This document shows, piece by piece, positions 1-24,816 of a stretch of DNA of 64,000 nt; the stretch's first letter is position 1; each line of letters opens with the position of its first letter. The stretch is from Salpingoeca rosetta (lineage: Eukaryota > Protista > Choanoflagellata). The translations under genes were made by a program, and so were the position numbers. The DNA lies in contig JAWQFM010000013.1 in assembly GCA_033442325.1 (NCBI GenBank), positions 1,205,065 to 1,269,064 of the forward strand, in the 5' to 3' direction. Under the pieces are notes generated by a model. The model did no database searches and was not told the origin of the DNA. It worked only from the letters and a program-made list of their open reading frames with translations.

Positions 1-46
1 GTGTGTGTGTGTGTGTGTGTGCATGGTTGGGGAGGGGGGAGGTTAC

Positions 47-124
47 ATGAGTGATCGTGAATGAGTGCTTGTGAATGAGTGATTGTAAATGAGTGAATGA
101 GTGCTTGTGAATGAGTGATTGTGA
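47..124. repeat. Degenerate ~14-bp tandem repeat (ATGAGTGMTTGTGA)
   Basis: About five imperfect copies visible directly. Confidence 0.6.
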
Positions 125-129
125 CACCA

Positions 130-812
130 GTGGGTCAAGGCAGCAAGTCCCCAACGGTGTGTCGGCCGCTACAAGCAGGCGAGCGTGGGTAGTCGAGAAA
201 ACCCATCCACTGTAACCTCTCCCATCACCCCCCCCCTTCCTCCAACCAACTCACTTGTGCTGCCTGACGACACCGTTGAGGGGAATGGCTTTGGCGCTGA
301 GCGGATCGCGGTTGGGGAGACGAATGAGCCCGCAGTTGAAGAAGAACCTGGTGGTTGAGTCAGACGTGAAGGGGAGAGGGGGGGATGGTTGTATGGGCAG
401 ACGAGGCACGGTGTGAAGGAGGAGGAGGTGGAGGTGGTGGAGGAAAAGTATGTGAAACAGCAACAACGTGTGTTCGTGTGTGTGTGTGTCTTTGTTCGTG
501 TGTGTGTGTAATGTTATGGTGCACGGTGTACATGCGGATGACAGCAGGGAGCGTGTGACGACACATGAACAGAGGTAAAGTTAGCTCTATCACCTCTTTG
601 TGTTCTCGTAAAAGTAGTCGAAGAACTCTGCGCGATCGCTGAACGCATGCGCAGGCGTGCAGTCGGCGCTGTGGTTAATCTGGCAATGCAGCACACACAT
701 ATCAGTGTCAAAGCGACATGTGGGGGTTGATTGTGAGTCGTTCAAGACAGGCGCCAGCTCGTGTCAATTTGGCTGGGGAAGGCAAGGAGACACGCTGCTT
801 TCGACGCACACA

Positions 813-868
<56 letters not shown>

Positions 869-1310
869 AACGCAACTCACGATGATGGTTTGGACGTCGA
901 TGCGAGGCGGTGGATTGTAGACGGCGGTGTCAATCATGCCGTAAGCTGCACCACGGGCAAGGCCCTCCGCCATGCCGGACATGATCTCGGCCGTGGCATG
1001 CAGGGCACCGTGACTGGCACGGCTGCAACAGTGACCGACATCCTTGGAGAAATCGGAGTCCTTCACTGCCGAGGCGATGAGGGCGACGGCAACCACAACG
1101 ACCACAACAAGCACGACGCCGGCGATGGCGTACGCCACCTTCTGTCCAATGTAGCGGTTGTACTCGATGATCAGCATGTTTCCGTTCACGGGGTGCCTCC
1201 CAGCTCTCGCCTGCAAGAGTGAGTGATTAAGAGACGGCGTAAGGAAGGGGGTGGCATGAGCGCTTGTTGATGTTTCCACCAACCTTCACCACGCTTCAAC
1301 GCTTCCTCAA

Positions 1311-1356
<46 letters not shown>

Positions 1357-1575
1357 ACACACACGCACGCACGCACGCACCATGAGCTCCATTTCGACTT
1401 GACCGCCGATGCACTCTGCCATGAGCTGGCCGTTGGCTGCGCTGTCATCGGTGATGCGCAGGCCGTGGTCCAAACAAACGCGGCGAAACAGCGCCAGCGC
1501 ATCCTCCGACTTCAGGTCGTTGCGGAGATAGATGACCAGCACATGGTTTGACGGTCGCGCAAACCAATCGGCCAT
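130..1575 (-). CDS. Multi-exon gene, uncharacterised single-pass membrane protein (3' end uncertain)
   Basis: Exons 1575-1381, 1210-881, 679-594, ~347-256 and probably ~209-130 join in frame at GT-AG sites: MADWFARPSNH...EMELM/ARAGRHP...AYAIAGVVLVVVVVVAVALIASAV (TM)...QTII/INHSADCTPAHAFSDRAEFFDYFYENTKR/FFFNCGLIRLPNRDPL. No family recognised. Confidence 0.6.
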
Positions 1576-1995
1576 GGGTGTGGTTGAGGGTGCGCGAGGA
1601 GGAGGTGGAGGTGGAGAGGAGCGTGTGTTTGTGTCCTGTTGTGCTTGTTCACTGGTGGTGGATGGTAAAATGGGTGGTGGTGCATCTTGTTGTTGTTAGC
1701 ACTGACTGATGAGTCATCACACCCATGGGAGCGTGCGATGACTCATCGCATGCATGGCATGACTTGTGTTTGGTGCATGTGGATCCCCCTTCCACTGCTG
1801 TTGTTGTGTGTGTGTGTGTCTGCTGTCCGCTGGTGTACATCTTCCCTGCATCTCTTTGCGTGCATGGGTTTATGGGTTGTGACATACGTGGCAAAGAAGC
1901 ATGGAAGGGCAAAAAAAGCAAAGAAGAGCGACAAGCAGACGTGACTGTGTGGCTGCTGGGCACGCGCACGTGTGGATTGTTTGTGTTGTCAAACA

Positions 1996-5677
<3,682 letters not shown>

Positions 5678-5969
5678 CTGCCAGCACCACGAGCATCCAC
5701 GACACGAGCAGGACGAGTGCAAACCAAAAAAAAAAAAAAAACCCCCCAAGGACAACATCGCATTGAGGGGGACGGGTGAACATGTCTCGACCATCTGCCC
5801 TCCACACAGGCAAATCCCCCCAAGCAGCCTTTCAACCACGCGCAGCATGCTCCCCCCCCCCCCCCCCCCNNNNNNNNNNNNNNNNNNNNNNNNNNNNNNN
5901 NNNNNNNNNNNNNNNNNNNNNNNNNNNNNNNNNNNNNNNNNNNNNNNNNNNNNNNNNNNNNNNNNNNNN

Positions 5970-6026
<57 letters not shown>

Positions 6027-6052
6027 ACATCCCATCCCTCTTCTTTATTTAG

Positions 6053-7782
<1,730 letters not shown>

Positions 7783-8146
7783 TGCAGCCCTGGATGGAGA
7801 CATGGGAGTTGGGGTACGCGTGATGTCTGACGGCTCGTGTCAACGCCGGCGTCTGGCAAGGCTGAACTCGTTTGTGTTGTCGTCGGTTACAGTGGACACA
7901 AATGATGATGACGAGATGACGTTTCTTCACCATCACCTCCTCTTTGCTTTTCCTTTCCTGTTACGCCTTGCTGTTTCGCTTTCGTGTCTTGGACTGCGTT
8001 TACTCAAAAATGCTGTTACATGTTACTTTCACACTTCGCCAACTTGATTTCCATCTCCACAATGAAAATGACACGCCCGCACAACAGAGAAGTGCACGTT
8101 TGACCCATCAGTGATGAGGCAACGACAATAGAAAAGTGCATGCAAG

Positions 8147-8194
<48 letters not shown>

Positions 8195-8233
8195 GCACAC
8201 ACACGCACACAATGAACAGAGCAAAGGCTGGTG

Positions 8234-8920
8234 CTACTGGTGGAGTGGCGGTGCGGTTGCGTGCGCCGTGTGTGGCGTGTACGCTGGGAGATCGTGGCCA
8301 TCGCCCTCATCGTCGTCCGCCGCATATGCTGGCGGCGCCTCTGCAACACAGCAAGGCGATCGTGACGTGATCCGTGAGCACAGCAAAGATGTGAGAGGAA
8401 ATGCACAGCGGTGAAAGCACACAGACACACACACACACACGGACATTCAGGCACACAGATGGACACACAGACGCACAGACACACACACACACACACACAG
8501 ACGCACAGACACACAGACACACACACAGACACACAGACACACACACAGACACACACACACCGTTGGGTGTCGCTGGCGGTGCCAGGCGTGTGCTGTGGTG
8601 CTGCCAGAACGACTCGAGAAACAGCTTGGCGTCGTCCTTCAAGTGGGCGCTGGCGATGAGCGCGCGGAAGCGGGGATGCAGTGCAGTCAGTGCCGCGTGT
8701 GTTGTGCACGACAGCGTTTCGTCGACAAGGCGGTCCAGCTCGTCCTCAATCAAGTCGCTGTCGCCAACACGAGACAGCGTGCCTGAGGTGATGGGGGGGG
8801 ATTGGTGGTGAGGGAAAGGGGGCAGGAGGTTTCGGTGGCGTTCAGAACACTGCGACGTTATGACAGATGAACGCAACAAGGTCCAGTCAACGTACATCAG
8901 ATGTTTCAGACAGTCGAAAT

Positions 8921-8955
<35 letters not shown>

Positions 8956-9745
8956 GACACACACACACACCGACACAGACACAGATACACACACACACAC
9001 ACACCGACACACACACATACACACAGAGCTTCTCTCACCTCCTCGGGACCGTGCGAGTGTGTGCGGTTTCGGGACGTGCGCGGGCACCTCCACATCAACG
9101 ACTTCCCAGTCGTCGCCATCGCCGTCAGGGGCAACACCTGCACGCTTCTCATCGTCCTGTGGGTTGCACGCATGTGCGTAGTCGGGACACGGTGCACGCG
9201 TGGCGGCTGTCATACCCGCTGTTGTTGCTGATTCAGATGTGCGTGCAACCACCCGTGCCTCCGGCTTCCACTGCTGCTGTTGCTGTGGTTGCATCTTATC
9301 CGTCTTCCTGTCTTTACTGTCATCGCTGTTGTCGCCACCCTGTGCACCCTCGCCACCCTGTGCACCCTCGTTGGATTGGGAGAGGGAGAGACGGCCAAGC
9401 AGCGCCACGTTCGGTTCGTCCGCGTCGTCGCGCGTGTGGAGTGACGCTGCCACCTTCACCTCCACCCACTTGAACAGGGTGTTGCTGGCGACTACAATGT
9501 ACCATGGCCCCGGCTTGAGTGCCGATCCGCGCTCGCCATCAAGACCAATACACAGCCGGTGCATGTGGTTGCCAATGCACTTGCCGTGCACGGACTTGCT
9601 TGAGGTGTACGATGGCTGCTGCTTGTGGCGCGCGTACAGGACAACGGGCCCGCTGGCGATCACGTCCACGCGCAGCACCTGGCTCATCTCCAGATCCGCC
9701 TCTGTCACCTCATACACGAACATGCGCGTGGCATACCCGCCCATC
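8234..9745 (-). CDS. Uncharacterised protein (beta-sandwich/PPC-like segment, helical segment, C-terminal PPxY/LPxY); 5'-partial
   Basis: Exons 9745-9039, 8782-8561 and 8340-8234 join in phase 1. They contain VVLYARHKQQPS...PGPWYIVVAS and end EAPPAY...DLPAYTPH...PPLHQ*. The first visible exon starts at a CAG acceptor next to a microsatellite. Confidence 0.65.
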
Positions 9746-9751
9746 CTGCAG

Positions 9752-9853
<102 letters not shown>

Positions 9854-9930
9854 ACGGATGGGCTTTTGTCGCACTGTGTGAAGCGGGTATCACTCAGTCA
9901 TACTACGATCATACTTGCTCCTCTCTTCAG

Positions 9931-15014
<5,084 letters not shown>

Positions 15015-15703
15015 ATGTCCAGATCACACCACCACCGGTCTCCTTCACCCCACCACAACACGCCCATGCCAGTGCACGTGTGCGAAGGTGTGCTGGTGTG
15101 GGCGAGTGTGTGCGTTTGTTTTTCCAGAACGCAAAACATCATCATCAACATGTGCCAGCAAGCAAGTTGCCATGGCCTGACCATGGTGTCTTTTAGGTGT
15201 TGTGTGTTGGGTTATACGTGTGTGTACGTGTGTTTGTGTTAGTGTTTGTGCGTGTGTGTGCTCTTGTTCTTCCAACTGTTGTGTGTGTGTTTGTGCGTAT
15301 GCGTGTGCGTGTGGTACCTTCCTTTGGTGTCTTAAAGCACATGCACATGTGTGTGATCTTGCGCTTTTCAGGTGACAATAAAACGTGCGCTCGTGTGCTC
15401 CTCGTGCTGCTCACGGGGTTTATCAGTTGCAAAAACACGCACATATGAAGTCAATGAAAACAAACGCTCAGGATCACACACTCGTTACTGCAGGTGGTGT
15501 GCTCAAATGCACACCTCGCACTAGAATTGTGCAAACATTCAAATACACTCGCATACATTCGCATACACATATCAAAGAAGAGGAGGATGCATGAAGCATA
15601 CTCATATCGTGCCACCAACCACACATTCAGGTTGCAGGTCAACTGCCAGTCACAAAGTTGAAGGGGCGGGGGAGAGACACAATGCACACACGTGAAACTT
15701 TGC

Positions 15704-19807
<4,104 letters not shown>

Positions 19808-20509
19808 TGCGCCGCACACCAAGGGAACGAAGATAAGTACGACAAGAACAACAACAGCAACAACAACAACAACAAGAAGCAAAGAATCCAAACACACGCA
19901 CGTCCACCTTCAAGACAACGAGCGAGGCGGGTTGGCGTGGTTGGGGAAAATTGTGGTAAATCTTGTATCACTTATCACCAGTGCTTTGTTTGTGCTAGAC
20001 GGAAAGAAGAGCCGTTGACTCGCTGAACGTTGCACAGGTTCGACAGGTTGCACAGGTTGCATGAGCAGAGAGGAACAGAGGAGCAGAGCAGAGCAGACAG
20101 ACAAAGAGACAAGAGGAGCAAGGACACTTCTTGCAAGCAAAGCAAGAGTAGTAGAGTGCAAGGCTGTTTGTGTACACAGCAAAGCAGTTGCCTTAGGGAC
20201 TTGGCGGGGTGTAGAATGCACACGTGTTTCACGATTGTGCGCAGGGGCAAACAACACAACAATAGAGATGGACGAGCACGGAAGCACGCGCACAAACAGC
20301 AGACAGACAGGTGCTGAACTGAAACGCCATGTTCGATCGGTGCTGCATAAAGGAACATAACGTCGCCCAAATGGAAACAACAGAGAAGGGCGGGGGAGTA
20401 ACAACCACCAGCGCAAACAAATCAGCAGACTTTGTATCAACTACACAACACCACACGCACGCGCACACGCACTCACACACAGCGTGCAAACGCAACACGC
20501 GCACCAACA

Positions 20510-22685
20510 TCACATGAACACTTGCCCTTGAACAATCATGTTCCACTCATCGCTGTTGAAAGAGGTCAGCGGGTTATCCCGCACATCCAGATTGCCGGTG
20601 ATCACCTCCAGCCGCCCATACTCAAGCGCCGTCAGCTTGTTGCCGTACAAGAGGACATGACCTTCCACCCTCGTCAGCTCACCAAAATCAACGTGCGTGA
20701 GCTGCGCATTGACAACCCTGAGGTTCTGTGGGAGCGTCGTTAATCTGCCCATGCGCAGCACTTGCAGCTTTGGCAGTTCGCCGAAAGCAATGGCACCACC
20801 CAGCTCCCTCAAGCCAGCAAGGTCGATGCTGGTCAACCTGTCGCTGCTCTGAAGCTTGATGTCGCCGCCGACAGACGCGACGTTGCTCAGCGCTATTTCC
20901 GTGAAGTTGTTGCGGCGCAGATCTATGTTTCCTGAAACAGTGTGCAGGTCGCCAAAGTCAAATCGCACGAGATGATCCCCAAGTAGTTTCAAACTGCCGG
21001 AAACAGTGGTCAGACCACGTATCCCAAATGACGGGTGGTTGTGGCTGTACCCGAGCGTGAGATCCGACCTCAACGTTGTACCCGCATCAAAGTGGATGAC
21101 AGACAGGGGATTTCCCCGAACATAGACGCCTCTGCCAATGTGCTCGATGCTGCCCAAATTCAGGAACGACAATCGGTTGTTCTGCAGGGATAAGTAAGTG
21201 GCGACCACCTTCAGGCCACTCAAATCAAGGGAGGTCAGATGATTGCCACGCAGATCAATCTGCCCAGCAACGGAGGTCACATCGCCAATGTCAAACTGCG
21301 TCAGGCTGCCACGAACTGTCAGCGACGACGCCAGCAGCGTAAGGCTTCCCAGGTTTACGACTGCCAAGTGCGGGGTGGTGCCCAGGGCAATTTGGCCACC
21401 TATGGATGAAACGCTTCCAACATCCAGTGTGGTCAGCTGGTTGTTGCCGGTCAAGTCTAGCACCCCGCCAATGCGAATGATCGAGGAAAACTTGAGGCTG
21501 TGGAGGTCATTGTGGTCGAGAAGCACACCACCCGCCACGGTTGTGACGGTTCCACGAACGTCAAGGGTCGAAAGCTGGTTGTAGCTGAGTGTCAACGTGC
21601 CAAACATGGTCGTTGGGCCTTCAATGTTCACAGACGTCAGCCGGTTCGCGCTGAGCACCAGCCCTCTGATGGTTGTCAAGCTTCGAAATTGGAGGGTCTC
21701 GAGTGTTTGGAAGGCATTGTCTCGCAAATCAATCTCGCCGCCAATGGACTCAACGTTTCCAAAGTCACAGGATGTAAGGTGGTTGTGACTCAGGTCGACA
21801 CTGCTGAGTACGGTGACCGCATGCTTAAAGTCCATGAAGGTCAGCTGGTTGTGACTCAAGTCAACACGACCAGCAACAGTGCGGACCCGGCGCAAGTTCA
21901 CCGCCGTCAGCTGGTTGTGGCTCAAGTCCAATGCGCCAATCTCCTTGATTTTCTTGAAGTTGATGGTGGAGAGGTGGTTGTGGTTGAGATTGAGGGTGCC
22001 TGCAATGGATGTGACCTTGCCAAAGTCGACGATCAGAACAGGACCGCCCGAGCCGCGCACATCACCGCCGATTGAGCGTATTGAGCCAAACTTGATCGTG
22101 GTCTGCGCTCCGCTCAAGGATACGAGACCTTTGACCTTGCGCAAGCTGTAGAATTCGGGACAACAGCACCTGAGAACGTGGGTCGCTTTCTTGTAGGACA
22201 TGTCACGGAACTGTTGACGCGTGGGGTAGTTTGAGCAGTCCAGGGGGTGAGCTGCTTCGGAAGAGGATGACGAGGACGACGATGACGACGATGACGACGA
22301 TGAGGTGATGCCCACAGGGATCCCAATCACAAGTGCCAAGATGCAGACGGCACCGATAGCCGCCAGCACAAGGCGGTTCCTGCTGTACGTCCGGCCACCA
22401 ACAGCAGTGGACGGCCGAAACGCTTGCAGCCCCACGGCACGGGGAGCGGCGGTGGTGGTGGGATTCATGCGTCGAACGCCCTGTAGCTCCACGTGCGCGT
22501 CTGTGTCCGTCTGTCCAAAGCCTCCAACATTCCATGCTCGTAGGGTGGATGCTGTTGCGCTGGGCGCAGACACATCTGGCATCGTCGCAGGACCCCGAGC
22601 AGGTGGCTGTGTGTGTTTGCGTGTTTGTGTGTATGTTGTGCGTGCGTGTGTGTGTGTGTGCGTGCGTGCGTGTGTGCGTGTGTGA

Positions 22686-22741
<56 letters not shown>

Positions 22742-23692
22742 AAGCGAGGGGGAAGTGGACGTAAATCACTTGGAAAGTGTGACACATGCGATGTGCGCAT
22801 GTTGTGCGAGCGCGCATGCTTGAGGTCAGAGAGCAAGAGAAAAGCAGTGTCAAGCATGAACCCCCATGCAGCAGCACACCGCGAACGGCTGAAAGCAAGG
22901 GGCAAAGAGTGCTTGCAGCAGCAATAGCCTTGTAGCAGGCATGCTTTGGCTGCGGCTCACCGTGGCAGTGGGAAGGTTTGCCGAAGCAGGATTCGGTGCA
23001 AACTGTTGCGCAAACTGAACATCCCCGCTGATGTGGCGGGGCTGCCCAGCAAACACAAACGGTGCCTCCTCTGCAAACGGATTCCGTGTGGTCCCTTGGG
23101 CTCCAGGTGATGTGCTTGCTGTGACATCAGCGCTAGCTGCGGCCTGTTTGGGTTGTGTTGGCCAGTGGCATCAATGTTTGTGATGAGCAAGAGGTAGTGA
23201 GGTAAGTGTGAGGTAGTGTTGTTGTGGGGGGGGAGTTGTTGTTGCACCGTGCAAAGGTAGAGGGGGAGCAGTCCACAACACGAGGGCACGAGAGAGAGAG
23301 AGAGAGTGTGTGTGTGTGTGTGTGTGTGTGCGTGCGTGTGCGTGTGTGTGTGTGTGAAAGAGAGAGAAAGCGGTACGTCGCACTCGCCCTCGCGCACAAA
23401 CCGTGGTTCCGGTCGCGGTGGTGGCTGTTGAGTGGGGGTGTCCTTGTTCAACCAGTTCAACGGCAGAGTGCATCGGCTGCAGTTCTTGCTGCTGAGGCTG
23501 CTCCACTTCAGAGTCGGCGTCAGCCTGAAGAAAGTGTGCAATGCCTGGCATTGTCGTCGTTGCTGTTGTTGTTCCCTGCTGCGTTGACAGCGTATCTCTT
23601 GATGAGTCGGACACGGTAGGGCTGGGAGAGGGAGAGGCATTGCTGTGCCCCTCCGCTCTGTCCTTTTGCGGTTGTGGTTGTTCGTCCTCCAT
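20510..23692 (-). CDS. Type II membrane protein (~856 aa) with about 24 receptor-L-domain/LRR-like 22-aa repeats
   Basis: Three phase-0 exons: 23692-23402 (291 nt), 23143-22961 (183 nt) and 22606-20510 (2097 nt). They encode a disordered N-terminus, a TM segment [23 protein letters not shown], a Ser linker, a Cys cap and repeats of consensus LTxLDFGxVxxIGGxLxLxxNx. Confidence 0.85.
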
Positions 23693-24002
23693 GACACGCA
23701 CAGACACACAACTGCGGAACTACACACACAAACAGAAACTACACAGAGTCCTCTGTCCGAGTTGTGTGGTGAGTTTGAAGGCGGTCGAGCAAGCGTGCTG
23801 CCGTAGTGATGTGACGTGTGCCTGACTTGATTGACTTGATTGATGTGACCTTGTGACACTAGGATCTAGTAGGATTGAGGTCTTGTCTTCGTGTCTTGTC
23901 TTGAGGTTGCTGTGGTCGGTCTCTGCTGCCTGCGTTTGCTGTTCGATCGCTGGTTGGTCTGCGTGCAAGCAAGAAGCAAGAGATATCACGCACACAAACG
24001 AA

Positions 24003-24415
24003 TGTTAGGAACGTTTTCGATTAATCGTCGACCTTGGCGCCCTGAGTGTCACTGACAATTATTCTGCCTGGTTCCAGGGTTCTTGCTGCTTTGCTGAGAG
24101 TGAGTTGCTGAGTTGCTTGTGGCTTCTCTCTCCTGCTCCCCTCTTCTCCCAGCTTTCTCCAGCCAGTCCCCATGTCTTCAGCTCTTCCCTTCCGCGCTTT
24201 CTCTCTTTCTACTTTCACTCTCTCTTCGTCCCTGTCGAGCCCAAGGAGCCCAGTTACTTGACTTGCACGGTACTCTGCCTTTCCCGGCGAGAGGCGTTCA
24301 CCTTTGACGATAGGACGTTCTTCCTCAACTCTCCTTTTTGTTCAATGATTTGGTCTTCGGTTAGTAGGTTCTTTTCCCTTTCCTTCCTTTTCAATGAACA
24401 ACACATGTCTCAACA
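24003..24415. mobile_element. Possible solo LTR or transposon remnant
   Basis: Block of ~413 bp free of microsatellites and rich in pyrimidines, starting TGTTAG and ending CTCAACA (TGTT...AACA termini). No target-site duplication seen. Confidence 0.25.
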
Positions 24416-24751
24416 CACACACACATGAGCATACACACCCCCCCCAAAAAAAAAAAAAAAAAAAAGGAAAGGAAAGGCTGAAAGGAAAGGGAGGCAAGTA
24501 CGAAAGCAACAACACACCGACTCCTGCTCTCCAATCGCTTTGCTTGTCGACTGTTCGCGTTCAAACTGACAATGTCATGCCAAGAAGAATAAAACTCGTA
24601 ATGCTATGCTACCATTTGAGCGCATGAGTGCGAGGGCCTCCGCCCTGGGCCAGCCAGGTCGAAGACACGCACGCACACACAAAGGTCGACAGACACTCAG
24701 ACAGACAGACAGGCAGACAGACGGACGGACAGACAGACAGACAGGCAGGCA

Positions 24752-24794
<43 letters not shown>

Positions 24795-24816
24795 CTTCAT
24801 CGACTCCTCCTCGTGC

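Noticed and set aside
9200-9750. Plus-strand 288-aa ORF as the TM9SF N-terminus
   Set aside because: It is the antisense shadow of the minus-strand exon, with no signal peptide or TM9SF motifs.
20510-22582. 690-aa ORF as a stand-alone intronless (recent HGT or retrocopy) gene
   Set aside because: Two upstream exons splice in frame at canonical sites, so it is the last exon of a three-exon gene.
24440-24495. Poly(A) plus purine tract as a retroposon tail or polypurine tract
   Set aside because: No RT remnants or TSD, and its position does not fit the putative LTR; similar homopolymers occur elsewhere (5725-5740).
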